NCBI GenBank assembly: GCA_963820525.1
Contig: CAWGAA010000001.1
Coordinates: 1,216,001-1,280,000, forward strand
Source: an uncultured Spirochaetota bacterium
Lineage (GTDB): Bacteria; Spirochaetota; Spirochaetia; SZUA-6; Fen-1364
Length of the DNA stretch: 64,000 nt
Direction: 5' to 3'
Shown: in pieces, positions 8,943-18,050 of the stretch
Layout of the letters: each line of letters opens with the position of its first letter
Numbering within the stretch: position 1 is the first letter of the stretch
The notes under the pieces: generated by a model
Database searches by the model: none
The model's input: only the letters and a program-made list of their open reading frames with translations
Told to the model about the DNA's origin: nothing
Made by a program: the position numbers and the translations under genes

Positions 8943-11336
8943 CTATCCCTGGCGCTGCTTCAGCGCGTGCCACACACGCTCGGGCGTTGCGGGAATTTCA
9001 CGTAGGCGAACCCCCGTCGCGTCGTAGATTGCATTCACGACCGCGGGCGCTACGCCGTCGGTAGGAATTTCTGCAGCGGCTTTTGCTCCGAACGGTCCCG
9101 ATGGATCGCGCCCGGGCGCGATGAATCTCTCAATGGTCGGCATCTCGTTCGCTCGAAAAATGTAGTAATCGCGTAGATTGCCGTTGAGTAACCTGCCTTG
9201 CTCGTCGAACAGCATTTCCTCACACACACCGTAGCCGAGCGACATCGCAAGCCCGCCGTCAATCTGCCCCTCGACGCCCACCGGGTTGATGGGTTGTCCG
9301 CAATCGATGCCGAACACGAGTCTGTTCACGCGCACCTCGCCCGTCTGCATGTCCACCTCAACTTGAGCGAACTGGGCGGCGAATGGCGGTGCGTACATCA
9401 GCGACATATGCGAGTCCGCGGCTTGAATTTGATGTTGGTCGCGCACGTGCAGTGATTCGAGTGCAACCTCGCGAAGCGCAACGCTCCCGCCATCGGGCGC
9501 AATGACGCAGCCATCGGCAAGCCGCAGGATCCCGGGCTCACAGTCCAGCATTCGCCCCGCCACTTCCTTGATCATCCCCGCCACTTTTTCCGCCGCCTTC
9601 TTCACCGCCCCGCCTGAGACGAACGTCGTGGATGAGGCATATGCGCCTTTGTCGAAGGGCGTGAGGTCGGTGTCCGCCGCGTAGACCTGGATGTCGTCCA
9701 CGCGGCACCCCAGCACTTCGGCGGCGATCTGCGCAAGGACCGTATCCGCGCCCGTGCCCAGGTCCGTCGCCCCGAACATCAAGTTGAAGGAGCCGTCGTC
9801 GTTCATCTTGAGATACGCGCCGCCCATGTCAATCCCGGGGATGCCGCTGCCGTGAATCAGGGCCGCCATGCCGATACCGCGGCGAACGTGCGGGCGATCC
9901 GCAAGTACGTGCCAATCCGGATCGCGCCGTCTTTCCCACCCAATGAGATGCGCGCCGCGCTCGACGCACTGCGCGAGTGCCGTCGAGCGCAGAGGATTCG
10001 GAAAACCTTTGCGTCCTTCGCCCAACGCCTCGGCGAGCGCGAACGTATCGCCCACCTGCACCCAGTTGCGCCGCCGAAACTCGATGGGGTCGAGGCCTAA
10101 TTCACAGGCGATTTCGTCCATGTGCACTTCGAGCGCGAACAGACCCTGCGGCGCGCCATAGCCGCGCATTGCGCCCGCGGGAGGAAGATTCGTGTACACC
10201 ACATCCATCTCGAAGCGCAGGTTTTTGCAGCGATACAGAGCGAGAGTCTTCGATCCCGTGTTGCCCTGCACTGTCAGCGAATGCGAGCCATACGCTCCCG
10301 TGGCCGCCAAGAGCTTTAGCGTCATCGCCGTGATCGTTCCATCACGGCTCACGCCGGTCTTTAGGCGCAGGATTTGCGGATGACGACTGCGCGCGGAGTT
10401 GAACTCCTCCTCCCGCGAGTATTCCAGGCGCACGGGCTTGCCGGTAACCATGGTCAGGTACGCGCAGATGTCTTCGACCACGATTTCCTGCTTGCCGCCA
10501 AAGCCCCCGCCCAGGCGCGGCTTGAGCACGCGAATGCGTTTCTCGGACAGGCCGAGCACCGGCGCGAGGATGCGGCGCACGTGGAATGGGACTTGCGTCG
10601 CCGAGCGAATCACCAGGCGGTCGTCCTCGTCCCAGTACGTGATGCAGACGTGGGGCTCCAGCGCCACGTGCTGCACTTGCGGCACGCGATACTCGCCTTC
10701 GAACACACGATATGCTTCCGCGTACCCCGCCGCCAGATCGCCTGCCTCAGCCTCCATGTGCGCGGCGATGTTGCGCTGAGGAATGAATACCCCTTCAATG
10801 CCGGAGCAGTCCGGCTCGTCGTGGAGAATAGGCGCGCCGGCATTCAGCGCGTCTTGGGGTTTCATCACCGCGGGCAGTACCTCGTATTCGACCTCAATGA
10901 GCGCGAGAGCGCGCTGCGCGATCTCCTCCGTGTCCGCCGCCACCGCCGCGACGCGGTCACCGACAAAGCGCACTTTCTGATCGAGGACGAGCGAATCCAA
11001 CGGCGAGGGCAGCGGATATGATTGTCCCGCCGTCGTGAATCGCACGGGCCGGATGTCGCGGTGAGTCAGCACGGCGCGCACGCCGGGCAAGGCGCTGGCC
11101 TTGGATGCGTCAATCCGCTTTATGCGCGCGTGCGCGTGCGGGCTGTGCAGGATTTTGGCTTGCTGCATTCCGGGCAGCGTGAAATCGTCCGTGAATACGG
11201 GCTTGCCGAGCGCGAGCTTCACCGCGTCCACGCGCGGCACCGATGTGCCGACCACGCGGAACTGGCCGGGCGTGAGTCCTTCCGGATGCTCGCTCATCTT
11301 CAGCATCCGGTCCGGGTCATTATACGGGCGGGACAT
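8943..11336 (-). CDS. Xanthine dehydrogenase-family molybdopterin-binding subunit (XdhD/YgfN-like)
   Basis: VQHVALEPH, GGGFGGKQ, AMRGYGAPQ, DLGTG, AYASS, GPFGAKAAAE. Confidence 0.92.
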   Translation of the reverse strand: MSRPYNDPDRMLKMSEHPEGLTPGQFRVVGTSVPRVDAVKLALGKPVFTDDFTLPGMQQAKILHSPHAHARIKRIDASKASALPGVRAVLTHRDIRPVRFTTAGQSYPLPSPLDSLVLDQKVRFVGDRVAAVAADTEEIAQRALALIEVEYEVLPAVMKPQDALNAGAPILHDEPDCSGIEGVFIPQRNIAAHMEAEAGDLAAGYAEAYRVFEGEYRVPQVQHVALEPHVCITYWDEDDRLVIRSATQVPFHVRRILAPVLGLSEKRIRVLKPRLGGGFGGKQEIVVEDICAYLTMVTGKPVRLEYSREEEFNSARSRHPQILRLKTGVSRDGTITAMTLKLLAATGAYGSHSLTVQGNTGSKTLALYRCKNLRFEMDVVYTNLPPAGAMRGYGAPQGLFALEVHMDEIACELGLDPIEFRRRNWVQVGDTFALAEALGEGRKGFPNPLRSTALAQCVERGAHLIGWERRRDPDWHVLADRPHVRRGIGMAALIHGSGIPGIDMGGAYLKMNDDGSFNLMFGATDLGTGADTVLAQIAAEVLGCRVDDIQVYAADTDLTPFDKGAYASSTTFVSGGAVKKAAEKVAGMIKEVAGRMLDCEPGILRLADGCVIAPDGGSVALREVALESLHVRDQHQIQAADSHMSLMYAPPFAAQFAQVEVDMQTGEVRVNRLVFGIDCGQPINPVGVEGQIDGGLAMSLGYGVCEEMLFDEQGRLLNGNLRDYYIFRANEMPTIERFIAPGRDPSGPFGAKAAAEIPTDGVAPAVVNAIYDATGVRLREIPATPERVWHALKQRQG

Positions 11337-11796
11337 GGCGTGCCTCCCCGTTCACCACGCGCATCACCGCTTCAACGGGCTTAACGTACCCCGTGCAGCG
11401 GCAGAGAACGCCGCCGAGCGCGTCGCGGACTTCCTCTTCGCTCGGGTGCGCATTCTCTTCGAGCAATGCTTTCGCGGCCAGAATCCGCGCCGGCGTGCAG
11501 TATCCGCACTGGATTGCCCCTGCTTCGACGAACGCGGCCTGCAGCGGATCCAGCCGTTCGCGAGAGCCCAAGGCTTCGATAGTCGTGATGCGCTTTCCAT
11601 CGGCTTGCGCGGCGAGCATGATGCAGCTATTGACCAGCTTGCCGTCCAGAATCACCGCGCATACCCCGCACATGCCGTCTTCGCAGCCATGCTTGACACC
11701 GTAGAAACCTTCGCGTCGAAGCACGTGCAGGAGGGTTTCGACGGGCTCGACGACCCATGTCAGCGGAACCCCGTTCACGTTCACATGGACTTCCAT
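11320..11796 (-). CDS. 2x[2Fe-2S] subunit of a molybdenum hydroxylase (CoxS-like)
   Basis: GCEDGMCGVC, QCGYCTP, LCRCTGY. Confidence 0.95.
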   Translation of the reverse strand: MEVHVNVNGVPLTWVVEPVETLLHVLRREGFYGVKHGCEDGMCGVCAVILDGKLVNSCIMLAAQADGKRITTIEALGSRERLDPLQAAFVEAGAIQCGYCTPARILAAKALLEENAHPSEEEVRDALGGVLCRCTGYVKPVEAVMRVVNGEARHVPPV

Positions 11797-12650
11797 TACA
11801 CAGCTCCTTGTGCGTTTGCCCAGGCTTGCGTGAGAGCGCGCTGCGCAATGACTGCGGCCATTTCGCGCCGGTACTGGCTGGACGCGCGGATATCCCCGAG
11901 TGGAGAGAGTGCTGCGGCAAATTGCTCGATCGCACGGGCTAAACGCTTCTCATCCCAGGCGTGTCCTACAAGTGCAGATTCGATGGACACGGCACGAATA
12001 ACCCGCGTGCCCACGCCGCCTACGGCCAGCCGCACGCGTGTGCATACCAGACCATCGGGGACGACCAGCGCCGCCGCGTTCACAATCGCCGTATCATTCG
12101 GCGTGCGCGCCACACGGACCAGCGCAGCGCCGAAAGGTTTCGCGGGAACCGGGATGCTCAGATCGATGAGAATGCCCGCGCCGAGACAATCGCCCGGCGC
12201 TTTCATGAACTTATCGAGGGCGGCAGTGCGTATCACCTTTGTCCGCATCGAAACGTGCGCGTCGAGCGCTAAAAACGTCGCAAGCAGATCGCACGCTGTT
12301 CCTCCTGAAATGATAGTGCCGCCAATGGTCGCTACGTTGCGGACGTTACGCGGCGCGCACACCCGTGCCGCCTCCGCCAGTATGCCGTTAGCAAAAGCCC
12401 GCGCCATTGGGTCAGACGCCAGCGCTTGAAGGGTAGTCATCGCACCGAGGCGTATCGGCCGTTCCTGCCATTCGATACCAGCGAGATCCAGCGCACTTAA
12501 ATCTACAACTGCGCGCACCGAATCGTTGCGCGATGGAATGAGTGCGGTGCCCCCCGCGAGTGGAACGGTATGAATCATGCTTCGCGCGAGTAGACGCAGC
12601 GCTTCGTTCAGCGTACTCGGGCGAAGATATTCTTCGAGGTTGGGCAGCAT
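11796..12650 (-). CDS. FAD-binding subunit of a molybdenum hydroxylase (CoxM/YgfM-like)
   Basis: YLRPSTLNEA, LAGGT, VRNVATIGG, DIRASSQYR. Confidence 0.92.
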   Translation of the reverse strand: MLPNLEEYLRPSTLNEALRLLARSMIHTVPLAGGTALIPSRNDSVRAVVDLSALDLAGIEWQERPIRLGAMTTLQALASDPMARAFANGILAEAARVCAPRNVRNVATIGGTIISGGTACDLLATFLALDAHVSMRTKVIRTAALDKFMKAPGDCLGAGILIDLSIPVPAKPFGAALVRVARTPNDTAIVNAAALVVPDGLVCTRVRLAVGGVGTRVIRAVSIESALVGHAWDEKRLARAIEQFAAALSPLGDIRASSQYRREMAAVIAQRALTQAWANAQGAV

Positions 12651-12724
12651 TTCACTCCACCTCCCTCACGTCGATACCTTCGAAAATAACATACGCCCCC
12701 ACCCGTGCCAATAGAGAGCCCTCT

Positions 12725-13309
12725 TCACTTCAACATGCCACCCATAATGACATCGATCACCTTTTCTTCTTCCAAGCCCCTCGCCATCAGCGTCTCCACC
12801 TGTTTCTGGTCCACCCTTCCAATTGCCGCCTCATGTTTAGCCTTGGCCAATTCATGCGTGACGCTAACCTTCGGAACAGCGGTCGCTTCCGCCCGGCCCT
12901 GGACTATCTCCACGCAATCCACATGCCCCCGTGCCCCGCGGGCACCAGCGGCAAGCTCGCTGACAATATCGCTTCTTGCCTCTCCCTTGACCGAGACCCG
13001 GCTTTTAATGAGGCCCCGTGCGTCTTCTCCCAGGAGATTGGCCGCCTCACGGATTCTGATCCGATCGGTGCCGGAGCCGTAGACTTTGGCCGTCATCTCC
13101 ATGGATGAACCTGCCAGCGCCTCAGTGTCGTAGTCCAAATCCAGCAGCCCCACCCTGCCGTGAAGCAGGGAAAAGTTCGTGACAAGACGGCTGTTATTTC
13201 CGATTCGGATTTTCGCTTTGGGAATGACCTCAATACCGCCTTTATCGCCGTAGAAATGTACTTCATTGTACGCGTAGGATGCTCTATTGCCCACTTCGAT
13301 CTCCGCGGC
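12725..13309 (-). pseudogene. 5'-truncated second copy of sufBD (C-terminal ~194 codons)
   Basis: Collinear with 14871-15455 from AAEIEVGNRASY to the stop; upstream sequence is unrelated and has no cognate start. Confidence 0.85.
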
Positions 13310-13407
13310 GACTTCCGAGCCGACAGATGGCGACCAAACACTGACTGCTGAAGGTAGCTGCGGTCCATCTCCCGGGCTGGTGGATTGCATGATCGGCGAC
13401 GATGAGC

Positions 13408-13854
13408 CTAGTTGGCCTGCCAGTCGTCTTCAAGCACTCCTACGATCTCTGACCTCAGGTTCTTGCCCGCCGTCTGCCTCTTTGAGATAGCGTGCAGGAC
13501 GGCGAACGAGCCAGCGAAAAAGACCGCCGCGCCGGCGATGCCAATCCCCTCACTCGCCCCGGGTGCCCCGAGTGCCAGCCCTAGGGCTGCCCCGACACCG
13601 TAGCCGGCGAACAATGCAAGCAGTGGCACGACGAACAGCTTCAGCGACGCCTTCGCCGGGTTGATTCCCTTTGTTTCTATCAGGACTCGGTCGCCGGGCG
13701 AGACGCCTACGCGGTCGAAGACCTCCGCTTCCATGTACTTGCCGAGGTCATGGTACAGGCAGCCCTGGCAGCCCATAGCACAATCCCTTGGACGTTCAAT
13801 TTGAACCAGCGCCTTGCTGTGGCCGCTCTCGATCACGATTCCTCGTTCCTCCAT
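13408..13854 (-). CDS. RseC/MucC family membrane protein
   Basis: MEERGIVI start, CAMGCQGC motif, GDRVLI, two C-terminal TM helices. Confidence 0.8.
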   Translation of the reverse strand: MEERGIVIESGHSKALVQIERPRDCAMGCQGCLYHDLGKYMEAEVFDRVGVSPGDRVLIETKGINPAKASLKLFVVPLLALFAGYGVGAALGLALGAPGASEGIGIAGAAVFFAGSFAVLHAISKRQTAGKNLRSEIVGVLEDDWQAN

Positions 13855-13950
13855 AAGAACCTCCGTGGCCTGCGCGAAGAGTATTCTGCATCGACCGACA
13901 ATGAAAACCTGAGACGTTAAAATTGCCTTTCGAGTGATACCTCAGTTTGC

Positions 13951-14020
13951 GCGCTTCGTTCAGCGTACTCGGGCGAAGGTATTCTTCGAGGTTGGGCAGC
14001 ATTTCACTCCACCTCACTCA
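13951..14020 (-). repeat. Duplicate of the RBS and first 17 codons of the FAD-subunit gene (direct repeat of 12599-12668)
   Basis: GAGGTGGAGTGAAATGCTGCCCAACCTCGAAGAATA... encodes MLPNLEEYLRPSTLNEA in both places, with two mismatches over ~70 bp. Confidence 0.9.
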
Positions 14021-14065
14021 AGTCGACACTCAAGACATTCACAGGCGTCCCCACCTGTGCCAACA

Positions 14066-14428
14066 TCAGCAGCACCCGGTTTTCCCGGCCAGGGAGGCGA
14101 AATCGAAGCCAAGCAAACGACTCAACTCGCCATTGACCCTCCGAAAGAAAATGCGAAGCTTTTCCTGGGCATCCAGATATGCGTTCACTTTTCCATTGAC
14201 CTTCCGCTGGATTTGCGAAATTTCCTCGAGATCGGTCACGGTGATGGCCCCTCTGACGTGCATTGCCTGGGTGGCCGTCTGGATACGCGCTTGCTTTTCC
14301 AGCAGTTGAAGCGCCTCTTCATCATCTTCAAGCCCCTCTCTTGCCTTGAGATACTCCTCAACCACTGGAGTCTGTCGCAATGCTTCCCCAAGAGCACGTG
14401 CCGATTGCTCAAGCTGAATGAGCGTCAT
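14066..14428 (-). CDS. YlbF/YmcA-like helical protein ending in Cys-Cys
   Basis: ARALGEALRQTPVVEEYLKA..AYLDAQ..LGFDFA pattern; C-terminus GKTGCC*. Confidence 0.7.
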   Translation of the reverse strand: MTLIQLEQSARALGEALRQTPVVEEYLKAREGLEDDEEALQLLEKQARIQTATQAMHVRGAITVTDLEEISQIQRKVNGKVNAYLDAQEKLRIFFRRVNGELSRLLGFDFASLAGKTGCC

Positions 14429-14437
14429 CTCACCACC

Positions 14438-14833
14438 TCACCCGCAACGGCTGCTCGCGCCATGCAGCGCGAAATCGATATCTAAAGCTTCGCTCAAGTG
14501 AACGTTCAAGACCTGGCACAAGGTGTGCAACTCACCCTCAGCTTCCAGATAGGAAGCGACGGCAGGCATCAGCCTGTAGGAGGCGGAGAGTTCCTGGAGC
14601 TTCTTCCGATGCACGGGAGCGGCGATGTTAAGCAGATTGCCGCCGCGTACCCGCGACTGCAGCTCTCGAATGCGCCGAGCGGTTGTCATGGCATGTTCGC
14701 CCTTCGCGATACCTGCCAGCGCCTCCTCCCATTCATGGAACTGCTGGGTTTCGAGCAGCATCTTCGCGAACGTATAGGCCGCTTCCCGCACGGCATCCGG
14801 GATGTCCCCCGATTCATTTTGGCTCATTCTCAT
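14438..14833 (-). CDS. YlbF/YmcA-like helical protein
   Basis: AAYTFAKMLLETQQF..PAVASYLEAE..LDIDFA; C-terminus SSRCG*. Confidence 0.65.
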   Translation of the reverse strand: MRMSQNESGDIPDAVREAAYTFAKMLLETQQFHEWEEALAGIAKGEHAMTTARRIRELQSRVRGGNLLNIAAPVHRKKLQELSASYRLMPAVASYLEAEGELHTLCQVLNVHLSEALDIDFALHGASSRCG

Positions 14834-14870
14834 ACTCCTTCAATGAAACGACCAACTGCGTGCGCCCCCT

Positions 14871-15806
14871 TCACTTCAGCATCCCGCCGATGACCAGGTC
14901 GATCGCCCTTTCCTCCTCCAGGCCCCTCGCCATCAGCGTTTCCACCTGTTTCTGGTCCACCCTTCCGATGGCCGCCTCGTGCGTGACCTTGGCCAGTTCA
15001 TGCGTGACACTGACCTTCGGAACGGCGGTCGCTTCCGCCCGACCCTGGACAATCTCCACGCAATCCACATGCCCCCTTGCCCCGCGGGCGCCGGCGGTGA
15101 GCTCGCTGACAATATCGCTTCTAGCCTCTCCCTTGACCGCGATCCGGCTTTTGATCAGGCCTCGGGAGCCTTCGCCTAGGAGATGGGCAGCTTCACGGAT
15201 CCTGATCCGATCCGTGCCGGAGCCGTAGACTTTGGCCGTCATCTCCATGGATGAGCCGGCCAGCACCTCCGTATCGTAGTCCAAATCGAGCAGTCCCACC
15301 CTGCCCTGGAGCAGGGAAAAGTTGGTGACCAGACGGCTGTTATTCCCGATACGGATCTTCGCCTTGGGAATGACTTCAATACCGCCGTCCTGGCCATGGA
15401 AATGAACCTCGTTGTACGTGTAGGAGGCCCTGTTGCCCACTTCGATCTCCGCGGCCATGCGGTGTACCACTTTCACGGCATTCGGAAAAACGCAGTGGGC
15501 AAGCAGCTCCACGCCGGAGCCATCCTGAATCTCGACATTCATCAGGATCTCCTGCACTCCCTCTTGAGGCATGACCCCAAAGCACAGGTGCACCGGCCGC
15601 TCGATTCGGACCCCCTTCTTGACGATCAGCCGCACCCGCACCCCCGATTCCGTTTCCACAGGCTCGAGAATCAGGCCATCCACAAGGTGACTCCCGATGA
15701 CCTTGTTTTTGTGGACGACCAGGTGGGCGATATTCGAATCCTTGAATGTCTCCGGCGTTCCTCCGGCCTGTGCGTAGGCGTCCAGCATGAGCTCATAGTC
15801 CTGCAT
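14871..15806 (-). CDS. SufBD family Fe-S scaffold, short SmsB-like form
   Basis: PVHLCFG, LAHCVFP, YNEVHFHG, ARGHVDCVEIV, VTHEAAIG, LMARGL; ~311 aa. Confidence 0.9.
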   Translation of the reverse strand: MQDYELMLDAYAQAGGTPETFKDSNIAHLVVHKNKVIGSHLVDGLILEPVETESGVRVRLIVKKGVRIERPVHLCFGVMPQEGVQEILMNVEIQDGSGVELLAHCVFPNAVKVVHRMAAEIEVGNRASYTYNEVHFHGQDGGIEVIPKAKIRIGNNSRLVTNFSLLQGRVGLLDLDYDTEVLAGSSMEMTAKVYGSGTDRIRIREAAHLLGEGSRGLIKSRIAVKGEARSDIVSELTAGARGARGHVDCVEIVQGRAEATAVPKVSVTHELAKVTHEAAIGRVDQKQVETLMARGLEEERAIDLVIGGMLK

Positions 15807-16566
15807 CAGGCCGACTCTCCTCACTCTGATGGCGCTCCTCCGCTTCGAAGACCCTTGTCGGGCAGGGGATGCATTTCTCCTTGAAATACCTCCCCACTTC
15901 GGGCGGCTTTCCCTCCTTCACGATGAGGCCGGAGCAGATGAGCGAGCTCCTGTCCGCTATCTCCGCCACTTCCTCTCGGTGGGTGATCAGGAGCACGGTG
16001 GTTCCCTGCTCCTTCAGCTCCTGGATCAAGAGGACTATATTGTCCAGGGCCAGAATATCGATCCCCGAGTCCGGCTCGTCCAAAATCGCCAGGCGCGGCT
16101 TCATGGCGAACACCGCCGCAAGCTCGATGCGCTTTCTTTCCCCGCCGCTCAGAGTTTTGTCCACCGGCCGCTGAAGGTAGTCCTTCGGCGTGAGCAGGAC
16201 TTTCTCCAACGCTTCCTCGACTCGGCCGGTACGGTCGGCGCCGATGCCGACGGAGATAAAGTCCCTCACGGTCAAACCTTCGAAACGGGCCGGCTCCTGC
16301 CACGCGAGAGTCATCCCCATCTTTGCCCGCTGGGAGATGGAAAGGCGCGTGATGTTCTTGTTCAGGAAGAAAATCGATCCACTCGTAAGGGCGTAGTCAT
16401 GGCAGCCCATGAGGGCTGCCGCGAGGCTGGATTTTCCGGCCGCGTTCGAGCCCAGGATCGAGTGCACGGTACCGGCTCTGACTGAGAGAGAAACCTCCTT
16501 CAGAATGGACCTTCCGTCTCGAACCAGAGAAATATGATCTGCGCGCAGCATCTCCGTCTTATCCAT
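15793..16566 (-). CDS. sufC: SufC/SmsC-like ABC ATPase
   Basis: GSNAAGKS, LAWQEPARFEG, LSGGERKRIELA, ILDEPDSGID, C-terminal CIPC (CxxC typical of SmsC). Confidence 0.88.
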   Translation of the reverse strand: MDKTEMLRADHISLVRDGRSILKEVSLSVRAGTVHSILGSNAAGKSSLAAALMGCHDYALTSGSIFFLNKNITRLSISQRAKMGMTLAWQEPARFEGLTVRDFISVGIGADRTGRVEEALEKVLLTPKDYLQRPVDKTLSGGERKRIELAAVFAMKPRLAILDEPDSGIDILALDNIVLLIQELKEQGTTVLLITHREEVAEIADRSSLICSGLIVKEGKPPEVGRYFKEKCIPCPTRVFEAEERHQSEESRPDAGL

Positions 16567-17197
16567 CGCGGTGTTCCACCTCTGCGCGCGGCAAATCGGG
16601 CGGAACCGTTTTCCCATCGTCGGAATCCCTGCCGGCCTCTGACCGTGCATCGAGATCTCGGGCCACGCGAATTGCCGTCTTGAGTATGACGTCAAGACGC
16701 GCGAGGCGTCCCCATCCCTCTCCGCCGCAGGCCATTTCCCCATACTCAGGCTCGACGAAATGGTAGCCGTAGGCTTTCAGCTTCCTGACATTATCCTGGA
16801 CGATGGGATTCAGCCACATGTTCTCGTTCATGGCGGGACAGATAATGACCGGCGCCTTCAGAGCCATGATGATGGTGGTGAGCATGTCGTCGGCTATGCC
16901 GCCCGCGACCTTGCCGATGAAGTTCCCCGTGGCTGGCGCCACCACGGCGAGGTCTGCAAATCGGGCGAGCACGATATGCTCGACGCGGGAATGATCCCCA
17001 TCCGCGAACATACCCACCGTGACCCGATGCCCCGAGATCGTCTCGAGAGTCAACGGTGGAATGAACTTTGTGGCCGCCTCCGTCATGATCACGCGCGTGT
17101 CGGCGAGCCGCGACCGGAACATGCCGATCAGGTCGGCAGCTTGGTAAGCGGCGATCCCTCCGGTAACACCGAGAAGGATGCGTTTCCCTGCAAGCAC
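16559..17197 (-). CDS. Stand-alone HFCD flavoprotein (CoaC / PPC decarboxylase-like, no CoaB domain)
   Basis: ILLGVTGGIAAY, EHI, VAPATGN, GIADD, PAMNENMW, GEMACG..GRL. Confidence 0.88.
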   Translation of the reverse strand: MLAGKRILLGVTGGIAAYQAADLIGMFRSRLADTRVIMTEAATKFIPPLTLETISGHRVTVGMFADGDHSRVEHIVLARFADLAVVAPATGNFIGKVAGGIADDMLTTIIMALKAPVIICPAMNENMWLNPIVQDNVRKLKAYGYHFVEPEYGEMACGGEGWGRLARLDVILKTAIRVARDLDARSEAGRDSDDGKTVPPDLPRAEVEHRDG

Positions 17198-17245
17198 GGG
17201 ATAATTCTCACGGGGCCGGAGCGAGTGCCCGGCCTTCCGTGGTCC

Positions 17246-17614
17246 TCAGCAGGCTGCCGCCGGAGCGGCGTTGGCGGCGAAGTCGAAGCCGAGAAGACTG
17301 CTCATGGCCTGGTTGCAGCTCCCCAGCAACTCCAGGGCTTCGTCCCGAGCAGTAACGAGCCGGACGTTCGCGGGATGGGTAGTGACCCTCTTGTACAGCG
17401 CGCGCAGCTTCGAGATATCTTCCTGGGAGTACGTTCCGTCGAACTGCTTGGTTCGAAACTCCTCGACCATCCGGGCGTGCTGGTCGAGCAAGGCCGACAA
17501 TTCCTCGTCACCCTCCATTGAAGCCTTCGCCTCCTTAAATGCAGAGACGACAGGGCTCGCCGCGAGCACACGCACGAACTCGTCGGCCGATTCTTGAAGT
17601 GTCGTATCGATCAT
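17246..17614 (-). CDS. YlbF/YmcA-like helical protein ending in Cys
   Basis: ADEFVRVLAASPVVSAFKEA..HPAN..LLGFDFAA; C-terminus APAAAC*(TGA). Confidence 0.7.
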   Translation of the reverse strand: MIDTTLQESADEFVRVLAASPVVSAFKEAKASMEGDEELSALLDQHARMVEEFRTKQFDGTYSQEDISKLRALYKRVTTHPANVRLVTARDEALELLGSCNQAMSSLLGFDFAANAAPAAAC

Positions 17615-17626
17615 ATGATCCCTCCG

Positions 17627-18031
17627 TTAACAGCAGCCGCCCGCCGGCTTGGTCATGTCTGCGAAATCGAAGCCGAGCGTCCCGGTGAGATAGTCGTTCA
17701 GATCCTTGAGGGCGACGAGGAGATCCTCCTGCGCCGCCATGTAACGCCTGTAGGTCGGGTGGGCGATCAGCTTTTTCTCCAGGCCTTGAAAACGGCCTTC
17801 GAAGCTTTTATCGCTGCCGCCCCAGCTCCATTTCATCTGTGCATCCCGCCGCGCGCTCTGATACACGCGAAACAGCTTTTGCGCATCCGCATCGGCGCGG
17901 AATACCATGGAGGCTGCTTCGAACTCCTTGTAGACATCCGACTCCGCCACCTTTCGCGCCAGGGCTTGAGCCGCCTCTTGAGCGGCACGGACCGTTGCAT
18001 TGTCCGTCTGATTCTGTTCCGTCTGTCGCAT
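17627..18031 (-). CDS. YlbF/YmcA-like helical protein ending in Cys-Cys
   Basis: AQALARKVAESDVYKEF..HPTYRRYMAAQEDL..LGFDFADM; C-terminus PAGGCC*; RBS AAGGAGG. Confidence 0.75.
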   Translation of the reverse strand: MRQTEQNQTDNATVRAAQEAAQALARKVAESDVYKEFEAASMVFRADADAQKLFRVYQSARRDAQMKWSWGGSDKSFEGRFQGLEKKLIAHPTYRRYMAAQEDLLVALKDLNDYLTGTLGFDFADMTKPAGGCC

Positions 18032-18050
18032 GATTTCCTCCTTCTGCTTC

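Noticed and set aside
12725..13309. The sufBD repeat as a simple duplicated-read artefact
   Set aside because: The copies differ at many positions, mostly synonymous, which an exact duplication would not produce. Strain chimerism is not excluded.
14038..14068. Selenocysteine at the TGA after GKTGCC
   Set aside because: The protein already ends in CC like its paralog that uses TAA. The downstream GNRA hairpin starts only 6 nt away and fits an ordinary intergenic stem-loop.
16567..16743. N-terminal extension of SufC given by the ORF track
   Set aside because: It overlaps the flavoprotein gene; the ATG at 16566 gives a normal SufC start coupled to the upstream stop.
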